Under the pieces are notes generated by a model. That model saw only the letters and a program-made list of their open reading frames with translations, did no database searches and was not told where the DNA came from. A DNA stretch of 64,000 nt, from NCBI GenBank assembly GCA_036397875.1, contig DASWIC010000048.1:6920-70919 (forward strand). Direction: 5' to 3'. Both the position numbers and the translations under genes were made by a program. This DNA is from Burkholderiales bacterium. GTDB taxonomy: Bacteria; Pseudomonadota; Gammaproteobacteria; Burkholderiales; SG8-41. This document shows, piece after piece, positions 43,265-52,072 of this stretch. Every line of letters starts with the position of its first letter. Positions within the stretch are counted from its first letter, which is position 1.

Positions 43265-43573
43265 ATGAAAGCGCTGACGCTCGTTCTTGCGGCCCTGATC
43301 GTGCTGATCCAGTATCCGTTGTGGATGGGAAAAGGGAGCTGGTTCCGAGTGTGGGAAGTGGATCAGCAGATCCGCGCGCAACGCGAGACCAACCGTGACC
43401 TGCAGGGGCGCAATGCCGCGCTGGAAGCCGAGGTGCGCGATCTCAAGGTCGGATTGGATGCAGTCGAGGAACGGGCGCGCAGCGAGCTCGGCATGATCCG
43501 GCGGGACGAGATCTTTTTCCAGGTGCTGGAGGCATCGCCCGCGGCGGCGCCCCGGGAACCCGCGGCGCGCTGA
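43265..43573 (+). CDS. ftsB: Cell division protein FtsB
   Basis: Short bitopic protein, N-terminal TM plus coiled coil ([16 protein letters not shown]), downstream of eno. Confidence 0.85.
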   Translation: MKALTLVLAALIVLIQYPLWMGKGSWFRVWEVDQQIRAQRETNRDLQGRNAALEAEVRDLKVGLDAVEERARSELGMIRRDEIFFQVLEASPAAAPREPAAR

Positions 43574-43574
43574 C

Positions 43575-44459
43575 ATGGCTGCGCCCGGCGCGATGGGCCC
43601 CGCCAGGGTCATTGACGGAGCGGCCGCCGCCCGCGAGATCCAGGCCCGGCTCAAGGAGCGGGTCTCGGCGCTCGGCCGGTTGAACGTACGGCCGGCGCTT
43701 GCCGCGGTCCTGGTCGGCGACGATCCCGCCTCGCGGATCTACCTGCGCAACAAGGCGCGCGCCTGTGCCGAGTCCGGCGTTCGTTCCGAGGTGCACGAGC
43801 TGCCGGCGGATTGCGCGCAACCCAGGCTCCAGGCCACTCTCGAGAAGCTCAACGCGGACCCCGGCGTCAGCGGGATCATCGTTCAGCTCCCGCTGCCGCG
43901 GCATCTGGACGCGGCAGCGGTTGCGACGACGATCTCTCCCTCAAAAGACGTCGATGGGTTGAGCTGGCACAACCTGGGCGCCCTGATGGCGGGGCACCCG
44001 TTGTTCGAGCCCTGCACGCCGCGGGGGGTGATGGCGCTGCTCGACCGGGCGGCAGTCGAGATCGATGGGCGGCGGGCGGTCGTAATCGGGCGGAGCACGA
44101 TCGTCGGCAAGCCGATGGCGCTGATGCTGATGGCGCGCGGCGCAACCGTGACCATGTGCCACAGCCGCACCCGCGACCTCGCGGCGCACACGCTCCGTGC
44201 CGACATCCTGGTGGCCGCGGCCGGCCGGGCGGGCCTCGTCACCGGTGACATGGTGCAGCCGGGCGCCGCCGTCATCGACGTGGGCATCAACCGCCTGGCG
44301 AGCGGCAAGCTTGCCGGCGACGTGGATTTCGCGTCGGTCCGCGCGGTCGCCGCCTACATCACGCCGGTACCGGGCGGCGTGGGGCCGATGACGATCGCCA
44401 TGGTCATCGCCAATACCGTGCTCGCCGCCGAGCGCAACCTCCCGTCGCGGCTGGCGTGA
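43575..44459 (+). CDS. folD: Bifunctional methylenetetrahydrofolate dehydrogenase/methenyl-THF cyclohydrolase (start may be a few codons downstream)
   Basis: VLVGDDPASRIYLRNK, VIGRSTIVGKPMA, PVPGGVGPMT. Confidence 0.93.
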   Translation: MAAPGAMGPARVIDGAAAAREIQARLKERVSALGRLNVRPALAAVLVGDDPASRIYLRNKARACAESGVRSEVHELPADCAQPRLQATLEKLNADPGVSGIIVQLPLPRHLDAAAVATTISPSKDVDGLSWHNLGALMAGHPLFEPCTPRGVMALLDRAAVEIDGRRAVVIGRSTIVGKPMALMLMARGATVTMCHSRTRDLAAHTLRADILVAAAGRAGLVTGDMVQPGAAVIDVGINRLASGKLAGDVDFASVRAVAAYITPVPGGVGPMTIAMVIANTVLAAERNLPSRLA

Positions 44460-44473
44460 GCGGCGGGCGACGC

Positions 44474-44620
44474 TCAGCACGAAAAGGCATTGGAGAAATT
44501 GAAGAACAGCTCCGGGCTGAAGTAACCCCGGAACGCGAAATAGGCGACGAGCGCCGCGAGCACGGCCAGCATCATCCACAGCAGGATGCGCCTGCCCTGC
44601 GACATGCGCACTTCGAGCAT
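44474..44620 (-). CDS. Possible 48-aa single-TM small protein (not in the ORF track because it is under 60 aa); weak call
   Basis: My own translation: MLEVRMSQGRRILLWMMLAVLAALVAYFAFRGYFSPELFFNFSNAFSC. It has a positive-inside N-terminus and one hydrophobic helix. No clear SD; an alternative ATG lies at 44605. Confidence 0.3.
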   Translation of the reverse strand: MLEVRMSQGRRILLWMMLAVLAALVAYFAFRGYFSPELFFNFSNAFSC

Positions 44621-44806
44621 GTGTGTCGCGCCCGGTCTATAGCCAGAAGGCATTATTGCACAACCCCCGCGCTCCCCCGGCTGACCGCGCCGGGCGCAGA
44701 CCGCTGCCTCGACCTATCCGGCGCATATGAAAAGAACGCGGGGTTATGAAGGCACCGCACCGCGGTTGATATAATTTCGTGTTTTCCACTCGCTTCCCGC
44801 GCACAC

Positions 44807-47800
44807 TTGGATTCACGCACCATTCCGGCACCCGGCTTCGGCTGCACCTTCGACGATCTCTATGCGCGCGAGGGGGTGGTCCGGCTCGACCAGCATTTTC
44901 TCGCGCGGCTGAAGGAAAGCGATGGGGCGCTCCACGGCGAGCTGGTGCGAGCGCGCGGCGATCCCGCCACGCTCGCGCCGAAACAGGAATCCGCGCTGCT
45001 CCTCGCGCTGGCGCCGCACCTCGAGCAGTTCGTCGCGTGCCTGTTCGGGATCGAAACCGAAGTCCAGGCGCTGGCGGCGGAGCATCACCGGATGGCACCG
45101 CTCTACCGGGTCAAACGGCAGTTCGTGCAGCGCAAGGCGATGCATCGTTACGCAGCGCACGAGGCCGTGGCCTTCGACGGCGCCGCGCTCGAGCGCGAGC
45201 TGGAAGCGGCGTTCGGCGAGCCTTTCACCGAGCTCGCTTACGCGCGTCACGTCGCGCGCTGGCAGGAGAACGAAGCGGTGCACGCGGCGCACCTCGAATC
45301 GGCGCTGCGCTACGCGGCGTGGGCCGCGCATACCGAGGCAGGAAGGGCGCGCCGCGCGTCGGGAGTGCTGTTTAAGGCGCCGGCCAAGATCGATCCGCGG
45401 CGGCTGATCCCGGTGGCAAGCGATGAAGCGGGCGGATACCGGAGCCACCGCCTCGAGCCCCACCATCTGCGGCGGCGCGATGGGTTCAAGCTCACCGATC
45501 CCGGCGCGGATCTCGTGCACGCGCTCGACGAGGCGAATTACTGCATCTGGTGCCACGAGCAGGGCAAGGACTCCTGCTCCAAGGGCCTGCTGGAGAAGGG
45601 CGCGACGGGGCGCGGGACGGCTTCCTTCAAGAAAAGCGCATTTGGCGTCACCCTGGCGGGCTGCCCGCTCGAGGAGAAGATCTCGGAGTTCCACCAGGCG
45701 AAGGCCGAGGGGCACGCCATCGGCGCGCTCGCCATCATCGTCGTGGACAACCCCATGGTCGCGGCGACCGGCCATCGGATCTGCAACGACTGCATGAAAT
45801 CGTGCATCTACCAGAAGCAGGAGCCGGTCGACATTCCGCAGGCGGAGACGCGCACGCTGCGGGACGTGCTCGAGCTGCCGTGGGGGTTTGAAATCTATTC
45901 GCTGCTTACGCGCTGGAACCCGCTCAACATCCGGGCGCCCTATCCCAGGCCGGCAAGCGGCAGGCGCGTGCTGATCGCCGGCATGGGCCCGGCGGGAATC
46001 GCGCTCGCGCATCACCTGATGAACGAGGGGCACACCGTCGTCGGCATAGACGGGCTCAAGATCGAGCCGCTGCCGGCCGGTCTCTCGGGCGTGGATGAAC
46101 ACGGGGCGCCAGTGCCATTCCAGCCGGTGCGCGACGTGCGTGACATCACCGAGCCGCTCGATCGGCGCGTCATGGCGGGCTTCGGCGGCGTGGCGGAATA
46201 CGGCATCACGGTGCGGTGGGACAAGAATTTCCTCAGGGTGCTGCGGCTCCTGCTCGAGCGCCGGCGGCAGTTCGCGATGTTCGGCGGCGTGCGCTTCGGC
46301 GGCACATTGACCGCCGACGAGGCTTTCGCCATGGGCTTCGACCACGTTGCGCTCGCGCTCGGTGCCGGGCGGCCGACCGTGCTCGACCTGCCGAACGGGC
46401 TCGTGCGCGGCGTGCGGGCGGCATCGGACTTCCTGATGGGGCTGCAACTGACCGGTGCGGCGAAAACGGACTCGCTCGCCAACATGCAGTTGCGGTTGCC
46501 CGTCGTGGTGATCGGCGGCGGATTGACTGCCATCGACACCGCGACCGAGGCGCTCGCGTACTATCCCCTGCAGGTGGAGAAGTTCCTACGGCGCTACGAG
46601 CAACTCGCGCGCGAGCACGGCGAGGCGGCGGCGCGGACCGCGTGGGACGAGGAGGAGCGGGGCATCGCGGACGAATGGCTGTCCCACGCGCGCGCGGTAC
46701 GCGACGAGCGCATGCGCGCCGCCGCGGAGCAGCGCGCGCCCCACCTCATCGAGTTGCTGCAGGGGTGGGGCGGGGTCACCATCGCCTACCGCAGGCGGCT
46801 GATCGACAGCCCTTCCTACACCCTCAATCACGAGGAAGTGCACAAGGCGCTCGAGGAAGGCATACGGTTCGCGGAAGGGCTGGTCCCGCTCGCGGTGGAG
46901 GTCGACGCGCGGGGGCATGCTCGCGCCCTCAAGGTTTCGGTGCAGCGCAGGGGAGAGGACGGCCGGTGGGTGGAAGCCGCGCGGACCGAGCTGCCGGCGC
47001 GGACGCTCCTGATCGCAGCCGGCACCCACCCGAATACGGTGATTGCACGGGAGGAGCCGGGGCGTTTCAAGCTCGACGGCGAGTATTTCCAGGCCTGCGA
47101 TGAAAGTGGCGCGCCGGTCGCGGCCGAGCGGTCCATCTCCAAGCCGTCGCAGCCGCAGGTGCTGCTCGCGCGCCGCGACGATGGGCGCTTCGTGAGCTAC
47201 TTCGGCGACGTGCACCCGTCGTACTTCGGCAACGTGGTCAAGGCGCTGGGCAGCGCCAAGCAGGGCTATCCGGTGGTGAGCCGCGTGCTCGAGCGGGTCA
47301 GTCCGGCGTCGGCATCGAGCGACTCGCAGTTCACCGGGCGCCTGAACCGGGAGTTGCGCGCGACCGTGCACGAAGTGAACCGGCTGACCCCCCTGATCGT
47401 CGAGGTCGTGGTGAAGGCGCCGGCTGCGGCGCGGCGGTTCCGGCCCGGCCAGTTCTATCGCCTGCAGAATTTCGAGATGCTCGCGCGCCAGGTCGACGAG
47501 ACGCGACTGATGATGGAGGGCATCGCGCTCACGGGCGCGTGGGTGGACGCGGCGCGCGGCCTGGTCTCGCTGATCACGCTCGAGATGGGCGGCTCATCCG
47601 ATCTGTGCGTGCTGCTCAGGCCGGGAGACCCGGTGGTGGTGATGGGGCCGACCGGCACGCCGACCGAGATTCCCAAAGGCGAGACCGTGATCCTCGCGGG
47701 AGGGGGGCTCGGCAACGCGGTGCTGTTCTCGATCGGCCAGGCCATGCGGCGCGCGGGGAACCGGGTGCTCTACTTCGCGGGCTACAAGCACATGACGGAC

Positions 47801-48337
47801 CGCTACAAGATCTCGGAGATCGAGGCGGCCGCGGACACGGTGATCTGGTGCTGCGACGAGGAGCCGGGATTCACGCCCGAGCGCCCGCAGGACCGGGCGG
47901 TCGTCGGCAACATCGTGCAGGGCATGCATGCCTATGCCAGCGGCGCCCTGGGCGCGCAGCCGATCCCGTTCGGCGCCGCGGACCGCGTCATGGCCATCGG
48001 CTCGGACCGCATGATGGGCGCGGTGGCGCGCGCGCGGCACGACCTGCTGAAGCCCTTTCTCAAGCCCGGCCACCGCGGCATCGGCTCGATCAATTCGCCG
48101 ATGCAATGCATGATGAAGGAAATCTGCGCGCAGTGCCTGCAGCCGCACCTGGACGCGCACACCGGGAAAGTGAGCTACGTCTTCTCCTGCTTCAACCAGG
48201 ATCAGCCGCTCGACCGCGTGGACTGGACGGCGCTCGATGCGCGGCTGCGCCAGAACTCCGTGCAGGAAAAGCTCGCGGCCGAATGGATCGATCACTGCCT
48301 GGTGGATCTCGGCGCGCGCGACATGCAGCGGATCTGA
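44807..48337 (+). CDS. Large multidomain flavin/iron-sulfur oxidoreductase: unrecognised N-terminal domain + GltD/NfnB-like module + PyrK/NfnA-like module (TTG start, uncertain)
   Basis: Cys clusters YCIWCHEQGKDSCSKG (about 45538), GCPLEEKISEF (about 45658) and ICNDCMKSCIY (about 45779). Rossmann motifs VLIAGMGPAGIALA (about 45969) and VVVIGGGLTAIDTA (about 46501). The PyrK-like part has RPGQFYRL (about 47435), ILAGGGLGNA (about 47686) and CMMKEICAQCLQ…SCF (about 48108). Confidence 0.8.
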   Translation: MDSRTIPAPGFGCTFDDLYAREGVVRLDQHFLARLKESDGALHGELVRARGDPATLAPKQESALLLALAPHLEQFVACLFGIETEVQALAAEHHRMAPLYRVKRQFVQRKAMHRYAAHEAVAFDGAALERELEAAFGEPFTELAYARHVARWQENEAVHAAHLESALRYAAWAAHTEAGRARRASGVLFKAPAKIDPRRLIPVASDEAGGYRSHRLEPHHLRRRDGFKLTDPGADLVHALDEANYCIWCHEQGKDSCSKGLLEKGATGRGTASFKKSAFGVTLAGCPLEEKISEFHQAKAEGHAIGALAIIVVDNPMVAATGHRICNDCMKSCIYQKQEPVDIPQAETRTLRDVLELPWGFEIYSLLTRWNPLNIRAPYPRPASGRRVLIAGMGPAGIALAHHLMNEGHTVVGIDGLKIEPLPAGLSGVDEHGAPVPFQPVRDVRDITEPLDRRVMAGFGGVAEYGITVRWDKNFLRVLRLLLERRRQFAMFGGVRFGGTLTADEAFAMGFDHVALALGAGRPTVLDLPNGLVRGVRAASDFLMGLQLTGAAKTDSLANMQLRLPVVVIGGGLTAIDTATEALAYYPLQVEKFLRRYEQLAREHGEAAARTAWDEEERGIADEWLSHARAVRDERMRAAAEQRAPHLIELLQGWGGVTIAYRRRLIDSPSYTLNHEEVHKALEEGIRFAEGLVPLAVEVDARGHARALKVSVQRRGEDGRWVEAARTELPARTLLIAAGTHPNTVIAREEPGRFKLDGEYFQACDESGAPVAAERSISKPSQPQVLLARRDDGRFVSYFGDVHPSYFGNVVKALGSAKQGYPVVSRVLERVSPASASSDSQFTGRLNRELRATVHEVNRLTPLIVEVVVKAPAAARRFRPGQFYRLQNFEMLARQVDETRLMMEGIALTGAWVDAARGLVSLITLEMGGSSDLCVLLRPGDPVVVMGPTGTPTEIPKGETVILAGGGLGNAVLFSIGQAMRRAGNRVLYFAGYKHMTDRYKISEIEAAADTVIWCCDEEPGFTPERPQDRAVVGNIVQGMHAYASGALGAQPIPFGAADRVMAIGSDRMMGAVARARHDLLKPFLKPGHRGIGSINSPMQCMMKEICAQCLQPHLDAHTGKVSYVFSCFNQDQPLDRVDWTALDARLRQNSVQEKLAAEWIDHCLVDLGARDMQRI

Positions 48338-48347
48338 GGGCCTCGCG

Positions 48348-49670
48348 TTACGCCGTAGCGCGCAGCACGCCATCGAGCGTCGCGCCCAGTTCCTCCAGTT
48401 GGGCGGGACTGATAATGAGCGGCGGGGACAGCGCGATGATGTCGCCGGTTACCCGGATCAAGAGCCCATTCTCTAAGCACTTGAGGAAGGCCTGGTAGCC
48501 GCGCGCTCCCGGGCTTCCGGGCAGGGGCTCGAGCTCGATTCCCGCCATCAGGCCGAAATTGCGGACGTCGATCACCGGGCCCGCGCCGTTCAGGTGGTGC
48601 ACGACCTCCGCGAAGCGGGGCGCGAGCTCCCGCGCGCGCTCAAAGAGCTTCTCCTCGTGGTAGAGCGCGAGCGTCGCCTCCGCGGCGGCCGTGGCAAGCG
48701 GATGGCCCGAATAGGTGTAGCCGTGAGGGAATTCGATCGCGTCGAGTGGCGCGCGGTTCACCACCGTCTCGTAGATGTCGCGGCGCACGATCACCCCGGC
48801 GAGCGGGACAGTGCCGCTCGTGACGCCCTTGGCGAAGGTGATCATGTCCGGCGTCACGCCGAACGTCTGGGCCGCAAACGCGCGCCCCGTGCGGCCAAAG
48901 CCGGTGATCACCTCGTCGAAGATCAGAAGCAGCCCGTGCCGGTCGCAAATCGCACGCAGCCGCTCCAGGTATCCCTGAGGCGGAACCAGCACGCCGGTCG
49001 AGCCGGCAATGGGCTCCACGATCACCGCCGCGATATTGGAAGCGTCGTGCAGCGGGATGATGCGCGACTCCAGGTCGTCGGCAAGATGCGCCCCCCAGGC
49101 CGGCTGCCCGCGGCTGTAAGCGTTGCGCTCGAGGTTGTGGGTGTGCGGCAGATGATCGACCCGCGGGAGCATATTGCCGAAGGCCTTGCGCGTGGCGGGA
49201 ATGCCGCCCACCGAAATGCCGCCGAAGCCCACCCCGTGATACCCGCGCTCGCGACCGATGAGCACGTTGCGGTGACCTTCCCCGCGCGCGCGCTGGTAGG
49301 CGAGCGCAAGCTTCAGCGCGGTGTCGACCGCCTCCGAGCCCGAATTCGCGAAGAAGACGTGATCGAGCCCCTCGGGGGCCATCTGGGCCACCAGCGCGGC
49401 GGCGCGGAATTCCCCGGGATGCCCCATCTGAAACAAGGGCGAATAGTCGAGCGTCTCGGCCTGGCGGCGGATCGCCTCGACGATTTTCGGGCGGCAGTGC
49501 CCCGCATTCACGCACCACAGGCCTGCCGTGCCGTCGAGGATTCGCTGCCCGCTTTCGGTCGTGTAGTGCATGTCCCGGGCGGAGACCAGAATCCGCGGCG
49601 CAGCCTTGAACTGCCGGTTGGCGGTGAAGGGCATCCAGAACGGCTCGAGCGGGTAATCGCGCGGGGGCAT
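48348..49670 (-). CDS. Class-III (omega) aminotransferase, beta-alanine/omega-amino acid:pyruvate type
   Basis: 440 aa. N-terminus FWMPFTANRQF and LWCVNAGH, plus FDEVITGFGRTG and a PLP-Lys region TFAKGVTSG, typical of omega-amino acid-pyruvate transaminases. Confidence 0.8.
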   Translation of the reverse strand: MPPRDYPLEPFWMPFTANRQFKAAPRILVSARDMHYTTESGQRILDGTAGLWCVNAGHCRPKIVEAIRRQAETLDYSPLFQMGHPGEFRAAALVAQMAPEGLDHVFFANSGSEAVDTALKLALAYQRARGEGHRNVLIGRERGYHGVGFGGISVGGIPATRKAFGNMLPRVDHLPHTHNLERNAYSRGQPAWGAHLADDLESRIIPLHDASNIAAVIVEPIAGSTGVLVPPQGYLERLRAICDRHGLLLIFDEVITGFGRTGRAFAAQTFGVTPDMITFAKGVTSGTVPLAGVIVRRDIYETVVNRAPLDAIEFPHGYTYSGHPLATAAAEATLALYHEEKLFERARELAPRFAEVVHHLNGAGPVIDVRNFGLMAGIELEPLPGSPGARGYQAFLKCLENGLLIRVTGDIIALSPPLIISPAQLEELGATLDGVLRATA

Positions 49671-49743
49671 GGTTCGCGGGCAGTCTCAAATGGGTCGTTA
49701 CTATTTTGCCAGCGCCGCCGAGGTTCAGCCATACTGCGGACGA

Positions 49744-51267
49744 ATGAGTCGAATCGCGTTGTGCCTGGTAGCACTCCTGCTGACGCCCGCGCTGGCGCCG
49801 GCCCAGCCGGTCGTCAACGTCGGCTCAAAGCGCTTCACCGAGTCCTACATCCTGGCCGAGATCATGTCAGGCACGGTGGCGGCGGCAGGGGAAGCCCGGG
49901 TGCGGCACCACCAGGGGCTCGGCAATACCGCGATCCTGTTCTCCGCGCTGAAGAGCGGCGCGATCCATGCCTACCCCGAGTACACCGGGACCATTGCCTT
50001 CGAGCTGCTGGGGCTGCAGCGCGTGCCGGGTCTCGCGGAACTCAACCGGTTGCTCGCGCCACACGGGGTGGCCGCGAGCGTGCCGTTCGGATTTGGCAAC
50101 ACCTATGCCCTGGCGATGCGCGCAGAACACGCCGAGGCGCTGGCGATTTCACGACTGTCCGATCTGGCGCGGCATCCCGGCCTCAAGCTCGCGCTGTCCC
50201 AGGAATTCCTCAACCGCAGGGACGGGTGGCCCGCGTTGCGCCAGGCATACGGGTACTCCTTCGCCGGCGTCCGCGGCCTCGATCACGGGCTCGCGTACGA
50301 GGCGCTCGCGGGCGGCCAGGTGGACGTCATCGACGCCTACACGACCGATGCCAAGATTGCGCGTTACCGGCTGCGCGTGCTGGAGGACGATCTTCGGTTC
50401 TTTCCGGCATACGATGCATTGATCCTCCACCGCCGCGAATTCGAGAGGGAGTTTCCGCGCTCGTGGAACGGATTGCAACGGCTGGCGGGCCGCATCAGCG
50501 TCGAGCGGATGACGGCAATGAACGCGGCAGTCGAGCTTTCGGGCTCGTCGTTCGCGGCGGTCGCGAAGCGTTTTCTGGACGCGGCCCCCACCGAGGCGCA
50601 GGAAGCGCCGAGCAGGCGGCGGTCGTTTCTCGCTGCGCTGGCGGGCCCCGACCTCTGGCGTCTCACCGTCGAGCATCTGGCGCTGGTGGGGGTCTCACTC
50701 GCGCTGGGAGTGGCGGTTGGCCTGCCGCTGGGTGTCTGGGCGGACCGGGCGCCGCGCGCGCGCTACTGGATACTGGCCGCGGCCGGGGTGCTGCAGACGG
50801 TGCCGGCTCTTGCGCTACTCGCGTTCCTGATCGCCGCGCTCGACCGCATTGGCACGCTGCCCGCGATCATTGCCCTGTTTCTGTATTCATTGCTGCCGAT
50901 TGTCCGCAATACGGAATCGGGGCTGGGCGGCGTCCCGGGCTCCCTGCGGCAGTCGGCGATCGCCCTGGGGCTGACCGACTGGCCGCGATTGCGGTTGATC
51001 GAGCTCCCCCTCGCCGCACGCTCGATACTCGCGGGCATCAAGACGGCGGCGGTTATCAATGTGGGCACCGCCACCATCGCGGCCTTCATCGGCGCAGGGG
51101 GCTACGGCGAGCGCATCGTGGCCGGGCTCGCGGTCAACGACCATGTGTTATTGCTGGCGGGAGCCGCCCCGGCGGCACTGATGGCGCTGGCCGTCCAGTG
51201 GGCTTTTGACCTGTTCGAGCGCCGGTTCTTCCGGGAACCGCCCGGCCAGCAGTCGCGCCGGTCGTGA
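49744..51267 (+). CDS. ABC transporter fusion protein: OpuAC/OpuBC-type (quaternary-amine) substrate-binding domain + permease domain (start re-set to MSRIALCLVALLL)
   Basis: Signal peptide, SBP motifs VGSKRFTESYILAEIM and YPEYTGT, then a BPD-type permease (…LLPIVRNTESGLGGVPGSLRQSAIALGLT…). Confidence 0.8.
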   Translation: MSRIALCLVALLLTPALAPAQPVVNVGSKRFTESYILAEIMSGTVAAAGEARVRHHQGLGNTAILFSALKSGAIHAYPEYTGTIAFELLGLQRVPGLAELNRLLAPHGVAASVPFGFGNTYALAMRAEHAEALAISRLSDLARHPGLKLALSQEFLNRRDGWPALRQAYGYSFAGVRGLDHGLAYEALAGGQVDVIDAYTTDAKIARYRLRVLEDDLRFFPAYDALILHRREFEREFPRSWNGLQRLAGRISVERMTAMNAAVELSGSSFAAVAKRFLDAAPTEAQEAPSRRRSFLAALAGPDLWRLTVEHLALVGVSLALGVAVGLPLGVWADRAPRARYWILAAAGVLQTVPALALLAFLIAALDRIGTLPAIIALFLYSLLPIVRNTESGLGGVPGSLRQSAIALGLTDWPRLRLIELPLAARSILAGIKTAAVINVGTATIAAFIGAGGYGERIVAGLAVNDHVLLLAGAAPAALMALAVQWAFDLFERRFFREPPGQQSRRS

Positions 51268-51471
51268 ATCCCGGCACACGCGGGCTCGGCCCATAGCCCC
51301 GGGATCGAGGGAACGGGACCGGGTCCGGACTGAACTAATCATCGGCCAACCTGTCCCTGCAAGGAGGATCGGTTCGCGTCATTCGGGCGCGGTGCGGCCG
51401 GGTATACTTGCCGTATTCGAGGGCGAGCCTGCCGCCCGACTCGGACAACAAGAAACTCAGGGACGGGTTTG

Positions 51472-52071
51472 ATGAGCGATCGCGAACTCGATCAGCAGCT
51501 GGTCGAGCGCGCGCAGCGTGGCGACAAGCATGCGTTCGAGCTGCTGGTGGGCAAATACCAGCGCAAGCTTGCCCGGCTGCTGTCGCGCTTCATCCGCGAC
51601 TCGACCGAAGTCGAGGACGTGACGCAGGAGGCCTTCATCAAGGCCTACCGGGCGTTGCCGACGTTTCGCGGTGACAGCGCGTTCTACACGTGGCTGTACC
51701 GGATCGGCATCAATACCGCCAAGAACTACCTGGTGGCGATGGGGCGGCGGGCGCCGACCACGACGGACATAGACAGCGAGGAGGCGGAGGGCATCGAGGA
51801 CGGCGACCAACTGCGCGACCTCAACACGCCGGAGAACGAGTTGATGAGCCGGCAGGTCGCGGAAACCGTGAACCAAACCCTCGCCGCGCTGCCTGAGGAA
51901 CTGAGGACCGCCATCACCCTGCGGGAAATCGAGGGACTCAGCTACGAGGATATTGCCAATATAATGAGTTGCCCGATCGGCACGGTCCGATCGCGGATTT
52001 TCCGGGCACGCGAGGCGATTGCCGCGAAATTGAGGCCGCTGCTGGGGACCCGGAAAGACAGGAGATGGTGA
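51472..52071 (+). CDS. rpoE: ECF sigma factor RpoE/AlgU (sigma-E)
   Basis: MSDRELDQQLVERAQRGDKHAFELLVGKYQ, region 4 YEDIANIMSCPIGTVRSRIFRAR. Confidence 0.95.
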   Translation: MSDRELDQQLVERAQRGDKHAFELLVGKYQRKLARLLSRFIRDSTEVEDVTQEAFIKAYRALPTFRGDSAFYTWLYRIGINTAKNYLVAMGRRAPTTTDIDSEEAEGIEDGDQLRDLNTPENELMSRQVAETVNQTLAALPEELRTAITLREIEGLSYEDIANIMSCPIGTVRSRIFRAREAIAAKLRPLLGTRKDRRW

Positions 52072-52072
52072 G

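Noticed and set aside
51332-51358. Possible sigma-E autoregulated promoter upstream of rpoE (GAACTA-N16-TCCCT).
   Set aside because: It only partially matches the GGAACTT-N16-TCnaA consensus as I recall it, and the -10 is poor. This is too weak to annotate without transcription start data.
44460-51470. Considered whether the non-core block between folD and rpoE is a genomic island or mobile element.
   Set aside because: There is no integrase, transposase, tRNA target, flanking direct repeat or compositional shift. The codon usage looks native.
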